Under the pieces are notes generated by a model. It was not told where the DNA came from and did not search any database. It was given only the letters and a program-made list of their open reading frames with translations. Of a DNA stretch of 64,000 nucleotides, positions 1 through 9,342 are shown one piece after another. The stretch is from Eubacteriales bacterium (GTDB lineage: Bacteria > Bacillota > Clostridia > Oscillospirales > CAG-382). The DNA lies in the NCBI GenBank assembly GCA_045537905.1, contig JAZSQJ010000053.1, forward strand, positions 36,295 to 100,294, read 5' to 3'. The position numbers and the translations under genes are program-made. How positions within the stretch are numbered: position 1 is the stretch's first letter; every line of letters begins with the position of its first letter.

Positions 1-2
1 CA

Positions 3-887
3 GGCGTTGATATACTTCTTATGTGCACCAGCCTTCGTTCCCTTAAGGACGAGCCTAAGCTTGTTGCCCTTATAGATAACCTTGTTAAAGCGGTTGAGGA
101 CGGCAGAATACCTATGTCCAGAATAGACCAGTCCGTTATGCGTGTGCTTACTCTTAAGAAGGAGCTTGGCTTGTTCGACGAGGAGAAGGTAGACGTGGAC
201 ACTGCAGTAAAAGCTGCTCTTGAGGCTGTTGGCTGCGAGGAAAACCGTGCGGCAGAAAGACTTATTGCCGCAGAGGGCGTAACCGTTCTTAACAATAAGG
301 GCGTTCTTCCTATCACTACCGAGGGTAAAAAGACCGCTTTGTTCGTAGGCTACGCAAATAAGCTTAACGCCTTTAACCTTGCTCTTAACCGTCTTAAGGC
401 AGAGGGTAAGATAGGTGAAGTGGACTACAGCTCTATCATCTACGCCAACAAAAAGGAGCTGGATGCAGAGGCAAAGGCTGCTATTGATAACAGCGACAAC
501 GTTATCGTTCTTACCGAGACCGAGCCTAATATGGCACACAGCAATTGGTATATAGCATATCCCAAGGCGGTTTGCGACTACGCAAAGTCCATCGGCAAAA
601 AGGTTATCGTTATCAGTGCGTTTATGCCCTACGATGCCGTTCTTTACCGTGACGTGGACGGACTTCTTCTTTGCTACTGCTCCAAGGGTGTTGCAGGTGC
701 GGTGGTTAAGGATATCCACTCCACCCTTGCGTACGGCGTAAACATCCCTGCAGCCTTTGAGGTTGTTCTGGGCAAGGCACACTGCGGCGGCAGACTTACG
801 ATAGACCTACCCGAGATGGACGAAAACGGCAAGTTTGATACCTCTAAGGTTGTTTATCCTATGGGCAGCGGTATGGATTTGAACTAG
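3..887 (+). CDS. Glycoside hydrolase family 3 protein, C-terminal part (5' end upstream of window)
   Basis: Frame is open from the window edge (GVDILLMCTS...) to TAG at 885-887. RIDQSVMRVLTLKKELGLFDEE resembles the end of the GH3 catalytic domain and is followed by a GH3 C-terminal-type domain (GVTVLNNKGVLPI). Confidence 0.7.
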   Translation, partial: GVDILLMCTSLRSLKDEPKLVALIDNLVKAVEDGRIPMSRIDQSVMRVLTLKKELGLFDEEKVDVDTAVKAALEAVGCEENRAAERLIAAEGVTVLNNKGVLPITTEGKKTALFVGYANKLNAFNLALNRLKAEGKIGEVDYSSIIYANKKELDAEAKAAIDNSDNVIVLTETEPNMAHSNWYIAYPKAVCDYAKSIGKKVIVISAFMPYDAVLYRDVDGLLLCYCSKGVAGAVVKDIHSTLAYGVNIPAAFEVVLGKAHCGGRLTIDLPEMDENGKFDTSKVVYPMGSGMDLN

Positions 888-922
888 CCGAAAAATAAAA
901 AGAAAATTAACGCAAAAAAGTA

Positions 923-951
923 TTGACAAAGCAGGTATAAAGTGGTATAAT
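923..951 (+). promoter_or_regulatory. Sigma-A type promoter for tRNA-Pro
   Basis: TTGACA (923-928), 17-nt spacer, TGgTATAAT extended -10 (TATAAT 946-951), about 28 nt upstream of the tRNA 5' end. Confidence 0.75.
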
Positions 952-979
952 ACCCCTCGCAGTCAACGGACTGCGATTT

Positions 980-1056
980 CTGGGTGTGGCGCAGTTTGGT
1001 AGCGCGCTACCTTGGGGTGGTAGAGGCCGTGGGTTCAAGTCCCGCCACTCAGACCA
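980..1056 (+). tRNA. tRNA-Pro, anticodon GGG, CCA encoded
   Basis: 77-nt cloverleaf folded by hand. Acceptor CTGGGTG/CACTCAG (one G-T pair), D stem GCGC/GCGC, anticodon stem CTACC/GGTAG with loop TTGGGGT, T stem GTGGG/CCCGC with TTCAAGT loop, discriminator A plus CCA. The C1:G72 pair is typical of bacterial tRNA-Pro. Confidence 0.9.
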
Positions 1057-1062
1057 AATAAA

Positions 1063-1089
1063 GGAGATTCGTTTTGAATCTCCTTTTTT
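1063..1089 (+). terminator. Rho-independent terminator of tRNA-Pro
   Basis: GGAGATTC-gtttt-GAATCTCC hairpin followed by TTTTTT. Confidence 0.85.
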
Positions 1090-1204
1090 GTTTATATTTC
1101 AAGTGAAAAGTGTGAAAAAACACGTCGCTAGCTCTTATAAATACTGAAGCGACCGATGCTTAACGGGTTTTCGGTCAGTAAAAGCTGTAAAAAGGAAGAT
1201 AACA

Positions 1205-1921
1205 ATGCTTTGGTTTTTCAGAAAAAAGAAGCCCTATATAGACAGATTTTTGGAAAAGGCAAGAAATTTTGACCCCTTTGAGATACGTAAGTACGAAGAG
1301 GCTCTTCCCCATATAAAGGAAAACGCCGTGCAAACGGTACAAAAGAAGCTGGGCATTAAGCTGGTAGTGATATCCGACACCCACGGCTATCTTGTGTTTG
1401 GCGAAAACAGGCTTGCTAAGTTTTTGGACGGCGTAGGGGATTTTGACCTGTGCGTGCTGTTGGGCGACCACCATACGGGTGATTTAAGGGAGATACTGGA
1501 CTGCATTCCCGTCGAAAAAATTATAGCCATAAAGGGCAACCACGACAGCTTTTCTCAGTACCGTGAGCATGGAATAAGAGATATATCGGGCAGCAGCTAT
1601 ATTTATAAGGGAATCCGCTTTGCGGGTATAGACGGCAGCTTCAGGTATAAAAACGAGTCTTTTCCGTCCTACACCCAATACCAAAGCCTGGCACTGGGAC
1701 ACAGACTGCCCTCGGCAGAGGTGTTGCTCAGCCACGACGTAGCGTTTGAGTCACCCGTCAGGGACAACGCCCATCTGGGCTTGATAGGTATAACCCACTA
1801 TATATACAAAAACAGCCCCCGGTGGCATATTCACGGCCATATACACCAATCCTACGAAAAGGAGTACGATAACGGCACGAAGGAAAAAAGCGTATACCTT
1901 TGTGAGTGTGTGGAGCTGTAG
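1205..1921 (+). CDS. Metallophosphoesterase (calcineurin-like phosphoesterase family)
   Basis: RBS AAAGGAAG lies 8 nt upstream of the ATG. Motifs VVISDTHGY, LLGDHH, GNHD and GHIH are seen in order. Confidence 0.75.
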   Translation: MLWFFRKKKPYIDRFLEKARNFDPFEIRKYEEALPHIKENAVQTVQKKLGIKLVVISDTHGYLVFGENRLAKFLDGVGDFDLCVLLGDHHTGDLREILDCIPVEKIIAIKGNHDSFSQYREHGIRDISGSSYIYKGIRFAGIDGSFRYKNESFPSYTQYQSLALGHRLPSAEVLLSHDVAFESPVRDNAHLGLIGITHYIYKNSPRWHIHGHIHQSYEKEYDNGTKEKSVYLCECVEL

Positions 1922-1974
1922 CTAAAGCCTGAATGTATAAACTGCACGCAAAATACATTATGCCGATATATGTA

Positions 1975-2004
1975 TTGACAAGTCTATAGGGCTTGTGTTA
2001 ATAT
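1975..2004 (+). promoter_or_regulatory. Sigma-A type promoter upstream of 2061..3317
   Basis: TTGACA (1975-1980), 18-nt spacer, TGtTAATAT (-10 at 1999-2004). Confidence 0.6.
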
Positions 2005-2060
2005 TCATAATGTGTTTTAACTTGTTTTTGATATTTTATTAACGGAAAGGGCGTGGGAGT

Positions 2061-2867
2061 TTGTACATCAAAGCAGAGAGATTTGACGAGATTGTTTTCA
2101 GGTTGATTGATGAAGACAGGGTTAGCTGTGACGAGGCTTATCTTGTAGCCTATGACTATTTGAAAAGCTATGTATACGATAGCTGGCAGGCTAAAATAAC
2201 ACCTAAACCGTCTATAGACGATCTGGATGACGTAATGCAGGAAATTTGCATCGTCATCGCAATGATAACAAAAAAGAAGTTTTTGCTCCCCACCAACGAG
2301 GACGGCAGCCTTAAGTATCCCCGCGCAGTCGGCGTATACTGCGAGTGGATGCACACGGTAGGTCGCAACTATTTTTTGAACTATTTCAAAAAGCTATACG
2401 ACATAGTACCCACGGACCTTGACGACAACGTACCCGATACGGAAAACGGCTTTGATGCGGATGAGGAAATCGAGAAGATGAGCGGTCTTGTAACCGCCCT
2501 CGGCGATCTTCTGGAGTCCAGAACCAGCGTGTATCTCAAGCTTACCTTTCTTGCGTTTAATCTGTGTGTGGTAAACGAGGATATCGGGATTATAGAGGCA
2601 AACCATTATCTGGAAGAAAAGTTTTGCAAAATGACCTTGTACCAGATGTTTGAGCATATAACCCTGGCTTCCCAGAGCATAATATGGCTGAGGCTTACGG
2701 ACGAACAGTTTGACGGCATAATGGAAGAGCTGGACCGGATGTTTGACCGCAACACCTGCTACGGCGATATGAGGTATGAGGAGTTTTTCTACGATAATCT
2801 GGAGGGGCATCTCAGCATAAGCAAATGGCTAAGCCGTGTTATCGCCAGAATAAACGGTAAAAAATAA
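2061..2867 (+). CDS. Hypothetical cytoplasmic protein with weak by-eye resemblance to ECF-type sigma-70 regions 2 and 4
   Basis: TTG start 3 nt after GGGAG; 268 aa; no signal peptide or TM segment. DDLDDVMQEICIVIAMI and EWMHTVGRNYFLNYF resemble sigma regions 2.2 and 2.3/2.4. SISKWLSRVIARI resembles a region-4 helix. About 120 aa of unassigned insert lies between them. Confidence 0.4.
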   Translation: MYIKAERFDEIVFRLIDEDRVSCDEAYLVAYDYLKSYVYDSWQAKITPKPSIDDLDDVMQEICIVIAMITKKKFLLPTNEDGSLKYPRAVGVYCEWMHTVGRNYFLNYFKKLYDIVPTDLDDNVPDTENGFDADEEIEKMSGLVTALGDLLESRTSVYLKLTFLAFNLCVVNEDIGIIEANHYLEEKFCKMTLYQMFEHITLASQSIIWLRLTDEQFDGIMEELDRMFDRNTCYGDMRYEEFFYDNLEGHLSISKWLSRVIARINGKK

Positions 2868-2915
2868 CTGCATAATAAACTAAATAACAACTGAAAGGGG
2901 TATGGGCAAACACTG

Positions 2916-3317
2916 ATGGTAAAACCGCTTCTGCGTAAAAACGCAGCCGCCCATACCTATCAAAGAAAGCGAGGCAAAATTACAATGGATCATTTGAGTT
3001 TTGACGATATACGACAGTTATTGGCACTTGACGAGTGCTATGCTAATAAAAAAACTTCAAAGGACTTTGTAGCACCACCCTGCGTACCAAGCTGTGCAAA
3101 AGAGGGCACGGACAGCGGCAGACAACAGGCGGAGCGGGACAGTCGGCTTATAGAACTGCTTTGCTCTGTAGACACCTTGCAAAAAGAGTTTTTGGATATG
3201 AAAAACAGCGGCGACTGTAAGGGCGTTACGGAAAAGGAAATAACCGACCCCGTAATCAAAAGCCGCCTTGAAAGAATAAGAGCAAAAAGCAACAAAATGA
3301 ATTTTGATATTGATTAA
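2916..3317 (+). CDS. Small hypothetical protein (possible partner of 2061..2867)
   Basis: ORF on the same strand 48 nt downstream. An alternative start is ATG 2985 (MDHLSFDD...). Acidic, Cys-containing, with no TM segment or recognisable domain. Confidence 0.45.
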   Translation: MVKPLLRKNAAAHTYQRKRGKITMDHLSFDDIRQLLALDECYANKKTSKDFVAPPCVPSCAKEGTDSGRQQAERDSRLIELLCSVDTLQKEFLDMKNSGDCKGVTEKEITDPVIKSRLERIRAKSNKMNFDID

Positions 3318-3334
3318 TAAAAAACAACGGATAT

Positions 3335-3377
3335 AAAAATGCACCCCAAAAGCAATTTGCTTTTGAAGTGCATTTTT
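3335..3377. terminator. Bidirectional terminator between convergent genes
   Basis: AAAAATGCAC...GTGCATTTTT outer stem with an inner CAAAAGCA-attt-GCTTTTG stem. An A-run lies on one side and a T-run on the other. Confidence 0.75.
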
Positions 3378-3382
3378 GTATT

Positions 3383-5173
3383 TTAAGAAAACTGTGAGTT
3401 ATACAGCGTGCTGTAGAAGCCGCCTTCCTTAAGGAGCTTTTCGTGGTTGCCCTGCTCGATAATAGTGCCGTCCTTTACAACGAGAATGGTATCGGCGTTT
3501 TGTATGGTGGAAAGCCTGTGAGCGATAACGAAGCAGGTGCGGTTTTTCATCAGCTCGTTCATAGCCTTTTGTATCTTGATCTCCGTGCGTGAGTCTACGT
3601 TGGAGGTAGCCTCGTCCAGTATCAGCAGAGGCGCATCGGAAAGGAAGGCTCTTGCTATGGTGATAAGCTGACGCTGTCCCTTGGATATGTTTATACCCTC
3701 ATCGGAAAGAACCGTTTGGTATCCTTCGGGCAGGCTTTCGATATAGGCGTGTATTTTAGCCGCCTTTGCCGCCTCTACAACCTCATCGTAGGAGGCGTTT
3801 TCCTTGCCGTAGACGATGTTTTCGTAAATGGTGCCGTGGAACAGCCAGGTATCCTGCAGTACCATAGTATAGGCACGGCGTAAGTCCGCACGCTTAAGCT
3901 TAAGGGCGGGGATACCGTCCATCCTTATCTCACCCTTGTCCGGGTCATAAAACCGCATAAGCAGGTTGATAACCGTGGTTTTACCTGCCCCCGTAGGGCC
4001 AACTATAGCAATAGTCTGCCCCTTGGCTGCGGTAACGGATACGTTCTTAAGTATAGGCTTTTCCTTTACGTAGCTGAAGGAAACGTCCTCAAGCTCTACC
4101 TTGCCGTCCACGTCCTTGTATTCCACGGCGTCGGAAGCATCTGCCTTTTCAGGCTCCTCGTCAAGGATGCGAAAAACACGCTCAGCGGCGGAAAAAGCAG
4201 ACTGAAACTCGTGCAGGATGTTTGAAAACTCGTTAATAGGGCCCGCAAACTTGCGGGAGTACTGTACAAACTGGGCAACACCTCCAAGGCTCATAAACAA
4301 AAGGGAGCCTTCTGCCACGTTGCCGCCCTCCGTAAGCATATACAGTATACCGCCGAATACCGCCACGAGAGTAAGGGATATATTGTTTATAAGGTTTATG
4401 GTAGGAAACAGCATAGCTGCCTGATATTCCGCCTTGTAAAAGGCATCCATAGCGGCGTCGTTATGACCGTTAAAACGCTCCGATATAACCTCCTCACGGC
4501 CGTAGGCGCTTATGCTTCTGGAGCCTGACAGCATCTCCTCCGCAAAGCCGTTAAGCTCGCCGTAGCGTTTGGAACGGGCACTGAATAAGGGGCGTACCTT
4601 TTTGGAGCGATAGCGTGTAAACAAAATAGAAACAGGCACCGTAAGGGCAAAAATCAGAATAAGGGGCTTTGATATCTGCCACATAAATATAAGAGAGCCT
4701 AAAACCGTATAAACGCTGGTCATAACCTGTATAAGGTCATGGGAGAGGGTGCTGTTTATGGTGTCGATATCGTAGGTAAGGTGGCTGATTATGTCACCCG
4801 TAGCGTGGGTATCAAAGAAGCCGACGGGCAGGGTGTTAAGCTTTTCAAAAAGCTGTTTACGCATCTTGTATATAATGCGTTGACTAAGCCTTATCATTAT
4901 AACCGCCAGTACGTATGCCAGCAACGCCGAGGCAACGTAGCAAAAAATCATACTTAACACGTTTTTCCATACGGCAGGGAAGTCAACACCCCCTACCGTC
5001 TCTATGGCGTCTATAGCCTTGCCCGAAAACCGTGGTCCCAACAGGGATAGCTGGTTAGACAGCAGTGTCAGCGCCAGAGCGGGGATAAACAGGGGCCATT
5101 GCTCAAGAACGTATTTGCTAAGCCGTATAAACATACGGTTGTTTCTGCTTTTAGCTTTAGTCAAGGAAAGCAC
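3383..5173 (-). CDS. ABC transporter ATP-binding/permease fusion (type I exporter, half of a heterodimer)
   Basis: 596 aa with an N-terminal 6-TM region. Walker A GPTGAGKTT, signature ISKGQRQ, Walker B LLILDEATS and H-loop IAHRL are present. Confidence 0.9.
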   Translation of the reverse strand: MLSLTKAKSRNNRMFIRLSKYVLEQWPLFIPALALTLLSNQLSLLGPRFSGKAIDAIETVGGVDFPAVWKNVLSMIFCYVASALLAYVLAVIMIRLSQRIIYKMRKQLFEKLNTLPVGFFDTHATGDIISHLTYDIDTINSTLSHDLIQVMTSVYTVLGSLIFMWQISKPLILIFALTVPVSILFTRYRSKKVRPLFSARSKRYGELNGFAEEMLSGSRSISAYGREEVISERFNGHNDAAMDAFYKAEYQAAMLFPTINLINNISLTLVAVFGGILYMLTEGGNVAEGSLLFMSLGGVAQFVQYSRKFAGPINEFSNILHEFQSAFSAAERVFRILDEEPEKADASDAVEYKDVDGKVELEDVSFSYVKEKPILKNVSVTAAKGQTIAIVGPTGAGKTTVINLLMRFYDPDKGEIRMDGIPALKLKRADLRRAYTMVLQDTWLFHGTIYENIVYGKENASYDEVVEAAKAAKIHAYIESLPEGYQTVLSDEGINISKGQRQLITIARAFLSDAPLLILDEATSNVDSRTEIKIQKAMNELMKNRTCFVIAHRLSTIQNADTILVVKDGTIIEQGNHEKLLKEGGFYSTLYNSQFS

Positions 5174-6875
5174 CTCCCATCTGGGATTCGCTTATCTCTC
5201 TGTATTCGTCGCATTTTTCAAGCAACTCCTCGTGCTTACCCATCCCTATAACCTTGCCCTCCTCCAAAACGATAATAAGGTCACATCCCTTTACCGAGCT
5301 TACCCTTTGGGCAACGGTTATAACGGTAGAGTCCTTCATGCTCTCCTCCAGGGCAAGCCTTAAGCTTGCATCGGTCTTGTAGTCCAGGGCAGAGGAGGAG
5401 TCGTCAAGTATAAGTATCTCAGGCATAGCCGCTATCGCTCTGGCAATAAGCACTCTTTGCCTCTGTCCGCCGGACAGATTGGTGCCCTTTGCGGAAAGCA
5501 TATGAGCGTACCCGTCGGCAGTCTCTGTGATAAATCCGTCAGCCTGGGCAATCCTTGCGGCTTTAACTATGTCCTCGGCGGGTATATCTCTGCCAAACCT
5601 AATGTTTTCCTCAACGGTGTCCGCATACAAAAAGCCGTTCTGTAAAGACACGCCAAACATATCCGTAAGAGTCTTTTTGTCATAGGAGCGTATATCCTTG
5701 CCCTTTATACGGATAACGCCGCTGTCCACGTCATAAAATCTCATAAGCAGCTTGATAACCGTGGATTTACCGCTGCCCGTAGCACCGATAATGCCCAGCC
5801 TGTCACCCTTCTTAAGGCTGAAGGATAGCTTGTCTACGTTGTTTTTCTTGCCGAAGTAGGAAAAGCAAACGTTCTCAAAGGAGATATGCCGGCTTTCGTC
5901 ACCCTTGCCGTCGTCTTGGGTAACAACAAGCTCCTCGGGAGTTTGCACCACCTCCGCAATACGCCGTGCAGATGCGGCGCATTTTGTGTACATAACAAAC
6001 ATACGGGACAGGGACATCATCGCCATGGAAATCAAGGTAAAATACTGCATAAAGGCAATAACGGTAGCGGGTGAGGATATATCCTTTGCCACCAGATAGG
6101 CACTGACGGCAACCACTGCCACGATACCCAGGTTCATAAGCATAGTCATAACTGGGTTTACCACCCCCATTATGGTACCTGCCCTCGTTTCCTTGCTCTT
6201 AAGCTCCCTGTTGACTATGTCGTATCTTTTGTTTTCGTACTCGTTTTTGGAAAGAGCCTTTATCACCCTTACCCCCTGGGTATCCTCACGGACAACGCGA
6301 ACCATATTGTCTACAGACCTTTGCACCTCGGTGTAAAGGGGCACGCCCTTTTTGGATATGCCGTAAACCACGATAAATATAAAAGGCAGCGTTGCTAGCA
6401 TTACAAGGGCAAGAATTTTGTCCATAATAAGGGTAATAACCGCACCGCCCAACAGCAGTATAGGTGCCCTTACACCCATCCTCTGCATCATCCCCACAAA
6501 GTTTTGCACGTTGTAGGTGTCGGTGGTAATGCGTGACTCCAGTGAGGGAATAGTGTAGCGGTCAGTTGCCCTTGCCGACAAAAGCAAGGTTTTGTTAAAC
6601 AGCACCTTACGCATATCGGTAGAAAACATCATAGTCGTTTTTGCCGCCATACGGTTGGCAATAACGTTACCAAGACAGGCAACCAGGGCACAAAACGCCA
6701 TAACAAGCCCGTACAGCACTATACCCGTAACACTCTTTGTCCCGATAACGTTTTCCAGTATGTGGGTAAGAATATAGGGTATAAAAAGCTCTGCCACGGT
6801 ACCCGTTATTTTAATGACAAGCCCAACGGTAAGCCTTTTTTTAAGAGGCTTTAATAACGAAAAAATCCATCTCAT
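5157..6875 (-). CDS. ABC transporter ATP-binding/permease fusion (type I exporter, partner subunit)
   Basis: Walker A GATGSGKST, signature LSGGQRQR, Walker B ILILDDSSS. The 3' end overlaps the downstream ABC gene by 17 nt. Start moved to ATG 6875 (MRWIFSLL), which has GGGAGC about 7 nt upstream; the track ORF extends to 6935. Confidence 0.88.
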   Translation of the reverse strand: MRWIFSLLKPLKKRLTVGLVIKITGTVAELFIPYILTHILENVIGTKSVTGIVLYGLVMAFCALVACLGNVIANRMAAKTTMMFSTDMRKVLFNKTLLLSARATDRYTIPSLESRITTDTYNVQNFVGMMQRMGVRAPILLLGGAVITLIMDKILALVMLATLPFIFIVVYGISKKGVPLYTEVQRSVDNMVRVVREDTQGVRVIKALSKNEYENKRYDIVNRELKSKETRAGTIMGVVNPVMTMLMNLGIVAVVAVSAYLVAKDISSPATVIAFMQYFTLISMAMMSLSRMFVMYTKCAASARRIAEVVQTPEELVVTQDDGKGDESRHISFENVCFSYFGKKNNVDKLSFSLKKGDRLGIIGATGSGKSTVIKLLMRFYDVDSGVIRIKGKDIRSYDKKTLTDMFGVSLQNGFLYADTVEENIRFGRDIPAEDIVKAARIAQADGFITETADGYAHMLSAKGTNLSGGQRQRVLIARAIAAMPEILILDDSSSALDYKTDASLRLALEESMKDSTVITVAQRVSSVKGCDLIIVLEEGKVIGMGKHEELLEKCDEYREISESQMGGAFLD

Positions 6876-7053
6876 AGTTTTGCTCCCGTAAAAATCCAAA
6901 CAAGTATCTGAAACTGAATAACCATTATAACACAAAACCGTTAGTTTTTCAAACTTTTTTGAGCTTTAGTGTAAAAATGTTTACAAAATGCGAAAACAGT
7001 CAAAAAACACACTTATTGGCAATATAACGAATAACGTTAGGAGGAAAAGTTAA

Positions 7054-7752
7054 ATGATATACGTATCTTCTGACTGGCACGGCTGCTCTCCGGATAAAAT
7101 CAAGGAGCTGCTGGAGCAGGCAGGCTTTAATGACGGCGATTATCTTTTTGTGCTGGGCGACGTTATAGACCGTGGCGAGCATTCCGTAGAGCTGCTTAAA
7201 TATCTGATGGAAGCTCCTAATATGGAGCTTATTTTAGGCAATCACGAGGCACTTATGCTGGCAAACGATTGGCTCTTTGAGGAAATAAGAGAGGATAACC
7301 TTGACAACGTAAACGCCTACAGGCTGTCCGTGTACGAGGACTGGATGCTAAACGGAGGCGGTACTACCCTTGAAGCCCTTCGCAAGGAAAGCGACGAAAC
7401 AAGAAAGGCAATACTGGAGTTTTTAAGGGAATGCCCCCTTTACGATGCTGTAAGCGTTGGCGGCAGGGACTTTGTGCTGGTGCACGGAGGTTTGGGCGGA
7501 TACCGCCCCGACAAGAAAATGGAGGAGTATTTACCGGCAGAGCTTCTGGAGGAAAGGCCCTTCGGCGACACCGAGTATTCTACGGAGTTTACCACTATAA
7601 TCGGACACACTCCCAGTCATTACTTCGGCAAAAAGTACTATAACCAAATAGTAAAAACCCCTACTTGGATAGACGTAGATACAGGTGCCGCCGGCGGCAG
7701 AAACCCCTGTTTACTACGCCTTGACGATATGAAGGAGTTTTATATCTGGTAA
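7054..7752 (+). CDS. PPP-family serine/threonine phosphatase-like metallophosphoesterase
   Basis: RBS AGGAGG is present. Motifs SDWHG, GDVIDRG, GNHE, VHGG and GHTP are seen. Confidence 0.8.
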   Translation: MIYVSSDWHGCSPDKIKELLEQAGFNDGDYLFVLGDVIDRGEHSVELLKYLMEAPNMELILGNHEALMLANDWLFEEIREDNLDNVNAYRLSVYEDWMLNGGGTTLEALRKESDETRKAILEFLRECPLYDAVSVGGRDFVLVHGGLGGYRPDKKMEEYLPAELLEERPFGDTEYSTEFTTIIGHTPSHYFGKKYYNQIVKTPTWIDVDTGAAGGRNPCLLRLDDMKEFYIW

Positions 7753-7753
7753 C

Positions 7754-7781
7754 AAAAAAACCGCCGTCGGCGGTTTTTTTG
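7754..7781. terminator. Bidirectional rho-independent terminator
   Basis: AAAAAAACCGCC-gtc-GGCGGTTTTTTT between convergent genes. Confidence 0.9.
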
Positions 7782-7820
7782 TTAAGAAATATCAAGTAAA
7801 TTTGTAACTTTCTCCTTAAA

Positions 7821-9089
7821 CTATATAAGTCCTGCATCGTATTTAAGTATAGCAGCAGCATCAAGGTTATTAACAGCTCCGTCGCCGTTGTAGTCACCGT
7901 TGTCTACCTCCGCAATAATTCCCGCGTCGTATTTAAGCACCACAGCCGCATCAAGGTTGCCTAAAGCAAGGTCACCGTTTGCATCACCTTTGGGCTGTAC
8001 AAAATTAAAGGTTACAGGACTGTCTTTTAGCGATGAATTACCATATTCGGCTATTTTAACACCGTTCCATTTTTCCGCTGAGCCCGTGTAGTATACGTTT
8101 ATCTTTGGACACTCGAAGAAAGCATAGGAGCCGATTATCTCAACACTCTCCGGAATAACTACTTGTTCAAGCTTTACGCACTTGAAGAATACCCCGTCGC
8201 CAAGGCTGGTTAAGGCAGAATTTATAATTACCTGCTCCAGATTGTAGCAGCTGTCAAACACCCGGTTGCCAATTTCGGTCACAGAAGAAGGCATAACTAC
8301 TTTTTTAAGGCTGTAGCAGTCGTAGAACGCATGATGACCGATGGTGGTTACGGTAGAGGGTATAATTGCTTCACTAAAATTCAATAAACCGCTGAAGGCA
8401 TATTCCGAAATAGCTTCTACCCCCTCGGGAATAACGCTTTTTCTGCATCCTGCAATTACTGTTTTGCTTGCTGTTTCTATGAGACAGTTGCCCTCGCTAC
8501 GGTAAAAAGGGTTATCCTTATCAACGGTTATTTCCACAATGTGCCTTCCCGAAAATGCTCTGGAAGCGATAGATTTAACGTTTTTAGGTATGGTTAATCT
8601 AAGCAAACTGCACCCCGAAAAAGCCGCTTCGCCTATGGTTTCTACACTTTCGGGGAGGTTAATAGGCCCTAAATCCTCGCACCAAAAAAAAGCATATTCT
8701 TCTATAACCGTTAATGCATCGGGTAAAACAATCTCTTTCAACGAAGCGCATTTATAAAACGCCTCTTTGCCTATGCGTGTAACAGAATCAGGAAGTATTA
8801 CTTTTGTTAAAACCATATGGGTTCTGAAAACACCATCCCCAACAGAAGTAACGCCTTCTTCGATTATCACCGTTTTAACTTTTTCCTTATCCCATTTAGG
8901 GTCAGGCTCAGGATAAGAATAGTACGTATCCATCTCGCCTTCGCCGCTTATGGTAAGGGTGCCTTCTTCGTCCAGCACCCAGTCAAGCTGACCCCATTTA
9001 CCGCTTGTTGCTTCTTCTGCTGAAGCAAAGAATACGCCTACGTTAACGGTCAACAGCCAGCATAAAAGTATCGCAATAATTCTTTTCAT
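7821..9089 (-). CDS. Secreted BspA-type leucine-rich-repeat protein with C-terminal dockerin
   Basis: Signal peptide MKRIIAILLCWLLTVNVGVFFASA. It has repeated IP.SV..IG..AF..C..L units. The C-terminus GDANGDLALGNLDAAVVLKYDAGII...NGDGAVNNLDAAAILKYDAGLI is a duplicated F-hand dockerin. Confidence 0.85.
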   Translation of the reverse strand: MKRIIAILLCWLLTVNVGVFFASAEEATSGKWGQLDWVLDEEGTLTISGEGEMDTYYSYPEPDPKWDKEKVKTVIIEEGVTSVGDGVFRTHMVLTKVILPDSVTRIGKEAFYKCASLKEIVLPDALTVIEEYAFFWCEDLGPINLPESVETIGEAAFSGCSLLRLTIPKNVKSIASRAFSGRHIVEITVDKDNPFYRSEGNCLIETASKTVIAGCRKSVIPEGVEAISEYAFSGLLNFSEAIIPSTVTTIGHHAFYDCYSLKKVVMPSSVTEIGNRVFDSCYNLEQVIINSALTSLGDGVFFKCVKLEQVVIPESVEIIGSYAFFECPKINVYYTGSAEKWNGVKIAEYGNSSLKDSPVTFNFVQPKGDANGDLALGNLDAAVVLKYDAGIIAEVDNGDYNGDGAVNNLDAAAILKYDAGLI

Positions 9090-9342
9090 AATACTTTCTC
9101 CTTTTCAAAATTCATATCAGTCCTGCCTCTATGCTTAATACAATTGAAAACGCATTATTCCTAAATATTTTTTAGTGATGCTGTTGCGGCTCCTCTGCCG
9201 GGGCTTCATCAAAACAATCCCTTTTTCACTTTTGCCTTCCATTTACATAACGTCTAAAAGGGTAAAACCGTCCGGAAATAATTTAAGGTGTTTACAATTT
9301 GTTTACAGCTTCAGGGGGGAATAATATTCGTTTATAAAGGCT

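Noticed and set aside
6876-7053. Divergent intergenic region between the ABC exporter and the phosphatase, as a riboswitch or regulatory RNA
   Set aside because: It is AT-rich with no stable hairpins or conserved-looking motifs that I could fold. It is most simply two divergent promoters, though I could not place them confidently and so did not annotate them.
9324-9329. G6 homopolymer (tcaGGGGGGaat) as a phase-variation tract
   Set aside because: It is only six residues long. It lies downstream of the 9343..10842 stop and not between recognisable promoter elements or inside a coding frame. It is too short and poorly placed for slipped-strand switching.
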